A stretch of DNA of 64,000 nucleotides, taken from Amoebophrya sp. A120 (Eukaryota > Protista > Dinoflagellata). A model generated the notes under the pieces. It was not told the origin of the DNA and did not search any database. It saw only the letters and a list, made by a program, of their open reading frames with translations. Where the stretch lies: NCBI GenBank assembly GCA_905178155.1, contig CAJINV010000003.1, forward strand, positions 7,522,601-7,586,600, read 5' to 3'. Shown in pieces: positions 38,978 through 50,200 of this stretch (the stretch's first letter is position 1; each line of letters begins with the position of its first letter). Made by a program: the position numbers and the translations under genes.

Positions 38978-39791
38978 TGTAGAAGATGTCAACGGCTGCG
39001 AAGAGCCGAGCTGACCTGCTCTTTCAATCGCCGCTTTTCTTGAGTACCACGACCCTCAGGGAATCTGAATCTGTTGCATCACCAAGAGCGGAAAAAAAAA
39101 CACAAACATATATTTCGTGCTGGCAAACGGGAAAGTAAGTACTTCTAGCCGACGCGGAGCCCTTTTACGTCTCATCTTTTCATCCGAAAAAAGGAAGAGC
39201 GATACAGGGCGGAGCTTCGAACGTGCGGACAGGCATGTCACACGCAGCGAACAACAGGCACACGCAGGCCCCTACGCTGTGAGAATAGAAACATATCATG
39301 TTGGTCCAGCATGTTGTGTTCATCTTTATTTCATTTGACATTTGTTCTATACCTCACGAGAGATGAGTGAATGTCTGTGTAATAAATCTGATGAACGTCC
39401 TCGCTGGATGGTACTGCAGGAGAGCCCAAAGGCAAAACATTGCAGTCGCACTCCCGGTCCACCACTTGCGGCCGGGCTTTCGAGAAACAGACGCCAGACC
39501 ATTTCCACGCATCGTCGAGACAGTCGCCACAGACAGCAGCTGAACGCATTCACTGCCAGTATCCACCTCGCTCGCCGTTTCTAGAGACGCGAAAGGCTCC
39601 AATGGCTTCACCAACCGTGCAGCACCTGCTCCCGGTCTGCACAGCGAAGAACCAGATCCTCGTTTCTGTAGCGCCGGATGTTGAACTCAAGCTTCTAGAA
39701 CAAGAACAACAAAAAAATCTTCACCAGATATCACCTCGCAGCGGCAGCGGTCGCGGCACGACTATAACAGAGAAGGCCGCCCCGTCTCTGG

Positions 39792-42700
39792 TCAAGTATT
39801 CCCCGATTCCCGCCGGGTCTGGTACCTCTGGAAGGCGGCCATGACGTACTGGAGCTGCATAACCCGCCGAACCTGGGTTGCGATGTGAATGTACTGAATC
39901 ATGTCGCGAAGGTTATACCCTCCGATCGCTTTCACACGGTCGTAGTCCTCCCTCGTCAACGCCTCGGGAAAACAGCAAAGCTTCTTCAGAAACACCTTGT
40001 GCATCAGCGTCAAGTAGAAGTTCAACCTGCAAGTAGAAAAAAATATAAAATGGTCCTTTAACTTTGCACAAAAATAGACACCATCAGAACCGCCCGGAAT
40101 TGCCAATTCCTAGAAGCACCTATTGCTATTCTTCCACCTCTTACAACTCCGTTGATTGCTTAGTATAGCAGTGGACGACCATGAACAAACAGTAAGCTAG
40201 CATAGAAGCGAAGGTAGATAGAACCCAACTCAAAAGAAAAACCTTGTGTAGTTAAAGTCGTCAACTTCTAGGCCGTAGACGCGAAAAACGTAGGCGAACA
40301 GCGCTCGTCGAATCGGGAGCGTGGAACTGACCTTGATACCGCCGACGGAGGAGTCGGTGTAGCTCTGTACGTACTCGTACTCTTCGTGAATTGCGTCAGC
40401 GATCTCGGGACAGTACTGCCCTAGCAACGGGTACGCGTGATCAGCCCAGCTGTACTGTGACGCCGCAGACGCGGCACCGGCCCCATAGTCTACGTACTTC
40501 AGCTTGAATGTTTCTGCGCCTTTTGTACCGACATCACTTGCGTCCTCAAGGCCCGTAAGCTCCACCCCACTCGCGCGCGCGAGCAGAAAATCGCATAGCG
40601 GCGCGCGAACGATCGGTCGCGCAGCCATCACTTCCTGCAGGGAATGCCGCTCCTCCTGAGTCAGCGCGTTGTCTGTCAGTCGCCCGAGCTCGCGCCAGTC
40701 CTTCTCGCTTTTTATGGGGTTCAGCAACTCTTGCTCCTCCTGCTTGGAGATGAAGTAGTACCTGTAATTTAATGATCACCAAGCAGAGAAGGGGAATCGA
40801 AAGTTCATATGGAAATCAGTCCGACTCGTACGGAGCCGCCTCATAACACAGCCTTTGCAGCCAGTGCGTTGGTGGCAAGAATATCGGAGATGACCACACC
40901 TGACGCCACGCTTGGACGTCCAGAAAGCACCGAGAACACTGTGTGCTCGTCAAAGAACATCCAGCAAGCATGATAGTGATACTACCAGTTCGCGGACTCG
41001 GAGAGATTTTTGCGGAAGCAGCAGGGCAGGTGGGCGAGCACCTGAGCTCGTTTGGGGTCCTCCAAAACGACGAGCCGGTGCTTTTCTTTGTCCCCGCCGC
41101 TGCTCGTGCTCTGGCGTTCGAGCGAGGTGAGGTCCTCTTCCTCCGACCGCGCCGTGGCAAAGCTCGCCGTTCGGTAGCTCTCTTTGTTGCTGGCGACCAT
41201 CACGGTTTTATTCTTACTCGTGTTGTTTTCATCCTCCTCTGCGACACCCGTGTCATCCGGCGGCTCCGGCTGCGCTTGCGGCGCGGGAGCTATGAGCGAT
41301 ACAGACTCGGGGGATATTTTTCCATCGGTGCTTCCGTCGGTAAGGATCCACTTTTCGTCCCCCGGTGCCAACGGGTCTTCGAGCTCTAGGCCGAGCGCGA
41401 ACACAAACGCCGACATGGAATGGTAGGTACTCAGGATCGCCAGCGCCGACAGCAGCTCCGTGCTCGACCACCGGCAGGCTGAATCATCCGGGTCGAGCAG
41501 CTCGGCGAAACTCACGACCGCGGTGCCCCGGCTCCTGTCGTGTTTTTCGGGACTGTTTCCGTGAGACGGAGAGGTCGTAGTGCCCTCCCCGGTTTGCTCC
41601 AGCAGCAGCCAGGGCTGGTGGCACATCACTTCGTTGAACTTCGCGATCGCGAGTAATTTTTTCGGAATTACGTCGGCACGCCCCGCGAGCCAGGTGCGGT
41701 CACCTCCAGTAAAAATGAAGCTTCGCCTTGTAGTGGACATCACGACACATAACAAAAACACAGGATCGAATTCGTCGAACGAGTTCTTGGACAATGACCA
41801 GCTACAGCTTTTTTTACGACGAGGCCAATCATAATCGTCTTAAATTGGCCTCAAAACGACGGCCTAAAAATTGCTGCTGAGTAGAAGGAGTAAACAAACA
41901 ACTACCTCCCACTAACAGGAACATTTCCGCCGCGTGCCGCGCAAGATACTCGCAGCGCAGTTGCGTGGCCCCCAGCAGCGCGAGGTAGTGCCGCCACGGT
42001 TTCGGCAAAGGACCCTCGTCAAACAGGAGCGCGCGCTTCGAGGAGAAAAACCGGTCGAGGAAGCCGTCGTGGGCTGCAAGGGCCCAGTGCAGCGTCGTCA
42101 GGTTTCCATTCTTCTGCTGAAACAGGTCTTGCCAACTCGGGCTCCCGAAATCCACGGGAGGTTTCTCTGCCTCCCCTGACTGGTCAAAGGAAGAGCCGCT
42201 GTGTATCAAAAGGAAAAATCCCCCCACCCCATATCGAAATGGAAATCTGTGATGCGGGATTTGTGTACACAAATCGGCTTTGTATTGCAGGAATGCATCG
42301 CGGCCACATCCCCAGGCTATGTAGGGGCGTATCGGTCTAGTTGTTCAGCACGGCAAACGGCTCCCCTTTAGGCCCAACAGCGTGACAAATCGCCTCCATA
42401 ATGGGGGCGAAGCTTTTGCCCTTGTCTTCTTGCAAGACAGATGCGATTTGTGACCTCAAATCAGCAAAGCAAATTTTCGGAAACATGCCTTTTCGATATG
42501 GGGAGGGGGGATTTTTCCTCACAATACTGTGCGAGCTCGCAGTTGGCGGATGCAGGAGCGCACTATCAAATGTAAAAATGTCTGGGTCTGAAAGAATGCA
42601 AGATTTGTGATGCAGTTTTTCCATCATCATCATCATGTAGTGGACACCCTCTCCCAGCGCCACAGGTCAAGGATCCCCTCCCCGGGGGGTGGGCGAGGGA

Positions 42701-43551
42701 GCGCTTTCGGCAACCTCATCATACAAAAGCCGAGCGCTACCACGGCAAGTCGCCCCAAGAAAAGTGCCAACCAGTCGGGAGCTACCCACCACACCTGATC
42801 AGTACAGCCCGGCCAGCTAGCCGAGCGCGACAGCCCAACATACAGAACGATCCAGGACCCGACCCATTTTACGCAATACGTTTTTGTTCTCACGGAAGAG
42901 ACGACGTACCCCTTTGGGTTAAGGCGCGAGACTTTTCCATGACCCATGAGGCCTGGAATGCAGCATCTAGCATGACAAACGCTGTGACGTGTCTATCATG
43001 CATATCCTGCATGAGAAACTCCCTGTCAAACTGATGAAAAGTGCACAGCTTTTGGTAATCATGCAACACAAATTTTTGCATGCTTCAGATTCAGCATGAC
43101 AAGTGGCATCCTTCCAGACCCAGACATTTTTGCATTTGATACGCACACCACTGGGAACACTTTTCCCGGACCTCAAGTTGGGGACTAAATTGCGCAAGCC
43201 GTCGCAGCCTGAAGAAAGAGTCACGACAGAAAATGGACTGCATATTGTGACGTCGTTTCCGCATATTTATAAGTAACTTGAACCTACGTAGAGCATGGAG
43301 TTCTTGACGACCCGAATAAGGGAACGTGAAACTACTTGGATGCTCTCGTCCCTCTCCGTTGCTAAAGACAAAAAACACCTGTTCCACAGACGAAACGCTT
43401 TTTCCCTTTCTTGTGGCTCAGTGGCGTGACTACTCTGAGCGAGGTGCTCGATCTCCTGGCCGAGGTTCTCGAAGCCTGCCGGCGTCTGGGAAGCGAGCAG
43501 AAACCCGACGTGCTCCACGGCGCAATCCAACAGTTTGTCGATGCCCTCCAT
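39792..43551 (-). CDS. SESN: Sestrin (PA26 family), multi-exon, carrying two TIR introners
   Basis: 'EGPLPKPWRHYLALLG..RCEYL..FLLVGG|DRTWL', 'HQPWL', 'WSSTELLSALAILSTYHSMSAFVF', 'YSWADHAY', 'RRALFAY..YGLEVDDFNY' and 'KVFLKKLCCFPE'. Confidence 0.9.
42204..42526. mobile_element. Introner/MITE related to family B, 323 bp, 5-bp TSD CTGTG
   Basis: TIR TAT....AGGAAAAATCCCCCC.CCCCATATCGAAA; CTGTG at 42199-42203 and 42527-42531. Confidence 0.9.
42564..43141. mobile_element. Introner/MITE family A, 578 bp (262 bp plus nested insert), 5-bp TSD CGCAC
   Basis: TIR TATCAAATG.AAAAATGTCTGGGTCTG; CGCAC at 42559-42563 and 43142-43146; with the flanking Gs it forms a GT-AG intron at 42563-43142. Confidence 0.92.
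42625..42932 (-). mobile_element. Nested SINE-like retroposon, 8-bp TSD TTTTCCAT, (ATG)n tail
   Basis: TSD at 42617-42624 and 42933-42940; removing 316 bp leaves the host at 262 bp, the length of sibling 12379-12640. Confidence 0.8.
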
Positions 43552-44293
43552 GTCCAACTATTGGTTTTCCGTCCTGTCCACGCATAATCGAAAGGCAAGA
43601 ACTCGTACACTCTTCTTCTAACCCATGATCTATCTATGTTTGTAGTAGTATGGTATATCGAAGGACGTGACTTACATTACAAATGATCTATCTAGTATCA
43701 AAGTGAAGTCGTTAGACGTTACATATACAAAAGGGCAACTCCCAGAGGCCGAAATACCCCTACACTGACAGCAAGGATGAAGCTCAGTCACTCGTAATTG
43801 TTTACTCCCTCGTCATGTGACGCTGAGAGCAGCCTTCCTCAGAAAAGATCGCGACGCTTTTGAAAGGGCAGAAGAATGAATGACGCGTATTAGCCACGGC
43901 CTCGCAACAGAACTCCAAGTGCAAGCTTCTTGATGGTTGGGCGGGAATTGTAGCAAAGATATGTTGGGCGCTGCAACAGCATCTACTCTACCTCTAGTTC
44001 TGCATGTTCTTGGGGATTTCGAATATAAATCTTTCGAACCTGAAGTTCACTCAGGCTCATCGAGTAGTGTAACTCTAACTTGAACAAAAAAACTTAGTGA
44101 ATTGAGCACGAGTTGTTCTTCTATAGACTCTGTGCTCGCCAACAAATTGGTACTGTTCGAAAACGAAAACTAGGTGTGAGCCCGTCTATCGGACGAGTCT
44201 GAGAGCAAGGAACTAAAAAATGATCCGCATCACCAGATGCCTTTTTTTGTGGCAACACCCACAACTGCGACACCGAGTAGGGTGGTCGCTTTT

Positions 44294-47200
44294 TTAGGCA
44301 GCCATATTCCACGTTTTGTCGTCGTAGATTGCCTTTAGCAACTCGTCCGTGCGCTTCGCAATATTCACCGGCTCGATAGCCAGGATTCGCGTCGCAGATC
44401 GTGTATCGCCCTCGTAGGTTTCTTTGTATGACCGCAAGCGGAGCTTGTACAGCGAGGCTACCTGCCAGCTCTTGAACCATTCGTCCACTGTGATCTGCAT
44501 TTCTGAGGCATCCTGAGCTGTCTTCCCAGCTGTTGTGACAAATTTCTTCAAGTACCATAGCAGTGGTCAGTCTGCCAGTGTCGATTGTCGAAGAAGTGCC
44601 TGCATCACAACTTTGTCCTTCACTTGACCACGAAAGGTGACTGCCAACAGGTCGGCGATACGTTGCTGCACTTTGCACATCAACAAACTACGCAACATTA
44701 TCAATATAAATCAGAAGAACGTACTGAGCTTCTTCATATCGTCGTCAAACAGGTTCAGAATGCTGTCGCCGAATCCGTCCTGAAATACTGCGCGGACAAG
44801 CCATCGCTTGACGGGCGTGACGAGGCCGTGGGTGGGGCATACGCCGTCACGAACTTTCTTGTTGCAAGTGGCCGGAGGTGCGTTGGCAGGCGCATTGGCG
44901 CGGACGACCTTTTCTGGGCACGCTTCATACCATTGCGGAACTTCCTCGTCCTTGCGTTGCGTCAGGACGCGCATCATTCGCGCGTAGGCTTCGGTGATGA
45001 TAAACTGCTCTTTATTTTCCCCAGACGCAGGCTCGATCTCGTCGACCAACTCACCCAAGTTTACCTGTAATTTCAACGTGGGACTTTTCTCTGATCAGAC
45101 TCTCACCTAGACCTATCTGTGGTACTGCTCACGCCTTGGCGCTGAAAGTTCGACCAAGCTAGCAATGGGCGTCACTTACCGTCGTTGCAGAAACGCCGCC
45201 ACAGGCAAGAAGCAGTATAAAACTCCCACTGGCTGGTTCGTCTAGGTGGTGCAGTTGCAAATATCTAACTCAGGGGAGAGTGACCACGTGCATACCTGTC
45301 GCACTTGATTTCCACCTATTTGTCCCGCACCTGCTTCGCGCATAGACACAAATGCCTTCGATGAGCCCCCGCTTTTCCACCACTTTTCTATCTCTTTGCT
45401 GCGGTCCTGTTGTGAAAGATTTTTTTTGTGCAGTTGTGAAAGGGTGAAGTTGTTGCAACTGTATTTTCGGAATTATATAAGTGCACGAAGATGGTGGATT
45501 GCCATTACATAAAAATCCATTCCCCTTCCAAGGATTGAACATCCCAAAGAAAAAAGCCGACAGGTCAGAAAAAAAATAATTAAATAATAATTGTTATTGT
45601 CAACAATAAAAGCAAAACAAAACAACAAAAAAAATTGCCGCCATACCATGCGGATTAGCTTCAGGACAGATCAGCAATCCGCGCGAATCACGGTGGGACT
45701 TTTTTTATTGTCAACAATAAAAGCAAAACAAAACAACAGGAAGAAAGTGCCGCCATACCATGCGGATTAGCTTCCGGGCAGATCAGCAATCCGCGCGAAT
45801 CAGGGCGGGACGGTGATCGCCCGCCTTTTTTATTTTTGTGGCGAATTTCTCTTATTCGCGCCATACCGTGCGGGCTGGGGTTCGTAAGGGGTTGCCGGCT
45901 TCGCCAATCCGCATGGCACGGCGCCCGCAGTCGGCTTCGCGACTTTTTGCAGATTTTTTATGTTCGCGCCTTAGCGTGCGGGCCGGCTTTCTGGCGAAGC
46001 TGCCGGCTTCGCGAATCCGCACGGCACGGCGGCCGCAATTAGTTTTGTGAATTTTGGCGAGTTTTTTTGTTTCGCGTCATACCGTGCGGGCGGGGCTTCG
46101 TAAGAGTTTGCCGGAGTCGCCAATCCGCATGGCACGGCGCGCGCAGGCGGTTTTGCGACTTTTGGCGAATTTCCTATGTTCGCGCCATACCGTGCGCGCT
46201 GGCTTTCTGGCGACGCTGCCGGCTTCGCGAATCCGCACGCCACGGCGGCCGCAGTTATTTTTGTAAATTCTCGCGATTTTTTCCCTTTTGCGCTATACCT
46301 TGCGGGCTGGGCTTCGTAGGAGGTTGCCGGCTTCGCCAATCCGCACGCTTGCCAGCTTTTCGACAATTCCCGAATATTCGGAATCGCCGGAATCAGAGGC
46401 GGCGAGACTTCAAATCCTTGCGAAGTTTTTCAACGCTTGGGAATGCCAAAAATGCGACCCCCGCCTCTATCTGCGGAAACTGACACACTTAAAGTAACTT
46501 CATCCCCCTTCTGGAACTTTTTGCCGTCCGAGTTCGTCCGCGGATACTTTCGAATATTCGGAATCGCTTCAAAATAGGCAGGCAGGAGTTTGGAAATTGT
46601 CGAAGGTTTTGCCAGCTTTTCGAATATTCCCGAATATTCGGAATCGCCGGAATCAGAGGCGGCGACCGAGGCTTCAAATCCTTGCCAAGTTTTTCAACAC
46701 TTGGGAACGCCAAAAGTGCGATCCCCGCCTCTATCTGCGGAAACTGACATACTCAAAATAAGTTGCTTCCTCTGCTGGGAATTTTTGCCGAGTTCGTCCG
46801 CGGATACTTTCGAATATTCGGAATCGCTTCAAAATAGGCAGGCAGGAGTTTGGTAACCGTCGAAAATGTTCCCGAATATTCGGAATCGCCGGAATCAGAG
46901 GCGGCGAGACTTCAAATCCTTGCCAAGTTTTTCAACACTTGGGAATGCCAAAAATGCGACCCCCGCCTCTATCTGCGGAAACTGACACACTCAAAATAAA
47001 TTACTTCCTCGGCTGGGAATTTTTGCCGAGTTCGTCCGCGGATACTTTCGAATATTCGGAATCGCTTCAAAATAGGCAGGCAGGAGTTTGGAAACTGTCG
47101 AAGGTTTTGCCAGCTTTTCGAATATTCCCGAATATTCGGAATCGCCGGAATCAGAGGCGGCGAGACTTCAAATCCTTGCCAAGTTTTTCAACAATTGGGA

Positions 47201-50200
47201 ATGCCAAAAATGCGACCCCCGCCTCTATCTGCGGAAACTGACATACTCAAAATAAATTACTTCCTCTTCTGGAAATTTTTGCCGAGTTCGTCCGCGGATA
47301 CTTTCGAATATTCGGAATCGCTTCAAAATAGGCAGGCAGGAGTTTGGAAACTGTCGAAGGTTTTGCCAGCTTTTCGAATATTCCCGAATATTCGGAATCG
47401 CCGGAATCAGAGGCGGCGAGACTTCAAATCCTTGCCAAGTTTTTCAACAATTGGGAACGCCAAAAATGCGACCCCCGCCTCTATCTGCGGAAACTGACAT
47501 ACTCAAAGTAAATTACTTCCTCTTCTGGAAATTTTTGCCGAGTTCGTCCGCGGATACTTTCGAATATTCGGAATCGCTTCAAAATAGGCAGGCAGGAGTT
47601 TGGAAACTGTCGAAGGTTTTGCCAGCTTTTCGAATATTCCCGAATATTCGGAATCGCCGGAATCAGAGGCGGCGAGACTTCAAATCCTTGCCAAGTTTTT
47701 CAACAATTGGGAACGCCAAAAATGCGACCCCCGCCTCTATCTGCGGAAACTGACATACTCAAAGTAAATTACTTCCTCTTCTGGAAATTTTTGCCGAGTT
47801 CGTCCGCGGATACTTTCGAATATTCGGAATCGCTTCAAAATAGGCAGGCAGGAGTTTGGAAACTGTCGAAGGTTTTGCCAGCTTTTCGAATATTCCCGAA
47901 TATTCGGAATCGCCGGAATCAGAGGCGGCGAGACTTCAAATCCTTGCCAAGTTTTTCAACAATTGGGAACGCCAAAAATGCGACCCCCGCCTCTATCTGC
48001 GGAAACTGACATACTCAAAGTAAATTACTTCCTCTTCTGGAAATTTTTGCCGAGTTCGTCCGCGGATACTTTCGAATATTCGGAATCGCTTCAAAATAGG
48101 CAGGCAGGAGTTTGGAAACTGTCGAAGGTTTTGCCAGCTTTTCGAATATTCCCGAATATTCGGAATCGCCGGAATCAGAGGCGGCGAGACTTCAAATCCT
48201 TGCCAAGTTTTTCAACAATTGGGAACGCCAAAAATGCGACCCCCGCCTCTATCTGCGGAAACTGACATACTCAAAGTAAATTACTTCCTCTTCTGGAAAT
48301 TTTTGCCGAGTTCGTCCGCGGATACTTTCGAATATTCGGAATCGCTTCAAAATAGGCAGGCAGGAGTTTGGAAACTGTCGAAGGTTTTGCCAGCTTTTCG
48401 AATATTCCCGAATATTCGGAATCGCCGGAATCAGAGGCGGCGAGACTTCAAATCCTTGCCAAGTTTTTCAACAATTGGGAACGCCAAAAATGCGACCCCC
48501 GCCTCTATCTGCGGAAACTGACATACTCAAAGTAAATTACTTCCTCTTCTGGAAATTTTTGCCGAGTTCGTCCGCGGATACTTTCGAATATTCGGAATCG
48601 CTTCAAAATAGGCAGGCAGGAGTTTGGAAACTGTCGAAGGTTTTGCCAGCTTTTCGAATATTCCCGAATATTCGGAATCGCCGGAATCAGAGGCGGCGAG
48701 ACTTCAAATCCTTGCCAAGTTTTTCAACAATTGGGAACGCCAAAAATGCGACCCCCGCCTCTATCTGCGGAAACTGACATACTCAAAGTAAATTACTTCC
48801 TCTTCTGGAAATTTTTGCCGAGTTCGTCCGCGGATACTTTCGAATATTCGGAATCGCTTCAAAATAGGCAGGCAGGAGTTTGGAAACTGTCGAAGGTTTT
48901 GCCAGCTTTTCGAATATTCCCGAATATTCGGAATCGCCGGAATCAGAGGCGGCGAGACTTCAAATCCTTGCCAAGTTTTTCAACAATTGGGAACGCCAAA
49001 AATGCGACCCCCGCCTCTATCTGCGGAAACTGACATACTCAAAGTAAATTACTTCCTCTTCTGGAAATTTTTGCCGAGTTCGTCCGCGGATACTTTCGAA
49101 TATTCGGAATCGCTTCAAAATAGGCAGGCAGGAGTTTGGAAACTGTCGAAGGTTTTGCCAGCTTTTCGAATATTCCCGAATATTCGGAATCGCCGGAATC
49201 AGAGGCGGCGAGACTTCAAATCCTTGCCAAGTTTTTCAACAATTGGGAACGCCAAAAATGCGACCCCCGCCTCTATCTGCGGAAACTGACATACTCAAAG
49301 TAAATTACTTCCTCTTCTGGAAATTTTTGCCGAGTTCGTCCGCGGATACTTTCGAATATTCGGAATCGCTTCAAAATAGGCAGGCAGGAGTTTGGAAACT
49401 GTCGAAGGTTTTGCCAGCTTTTCGAATATTCCCGAATATTCGGAATCGCCGGAATCAGAGGCGGCGAGACTTCAAATCCTTGCCAAGTTTTTCAACAATT
49501 GGGAACGCCAAAAATGCGACCCCCGCCTCTATCTGCGGAAACTGACATACTCAAAGTAAATTACTTCCTCTTCTGGAAATTTTTGCCGAGTTCGTCCGCG
49601 GATACTTTCGAATATTCGGAATCGCTTCAAAATAGGCAGGCAGGAGTTTGGAAACTGTCGAAGGTTTTGCCAGCTTTTCGAATATTCCCGAATATTCGGA
49701 ATCGCCGGAATCAGAGGCGGCGAGACTTCAAATCCTTGCCAAGTTTTTCAACAATTGGGAACGCCAAAAATGCGACCCCCGCCTCTATCTGCGGAAACTG
49801 ACATACTCAAAGTAAATTACTTCCTCTTCTGGAAATTTTTGCCGAGTTCGTCCGCGGATACTTTCGAATATTCGGAATCGCTTCAAAATAGGCAGGCAGG
49901 AGTTTGGAAACTGTCGAAGGTTTTGCCAGCTTTTCGAATATTCCCGAATATTCGGAATCGCCGGAATCAGAGGCGGCGAGCCTTCAAATCCTTGCCAAGT
50001 TTTTCAACGCTCGGGAATGCCAAAAATGCGACCCCCGCCTCTATCTGCGGAAGCTGACATACTCAAAATAAATTACTTCCCCTTCTGGAAATTTTTGCCG
50101 AGTTCGTCCGCGGATGCTTTCGAATATTCGGAATCGCTTCAAAATAGGCGGGGGTCGCATTTTTGGCATTCCCAAGCGTTGAAAAAGTTGGCGAGGGTTT

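Noticed and set aside
46349-50148. CRISPR array, or tandem genes from the repeated 100-aa ORFs
   Set aside because: No unique spacers; the ORFs are by-products of a 256-bp satellite in a eukaryotic intron.
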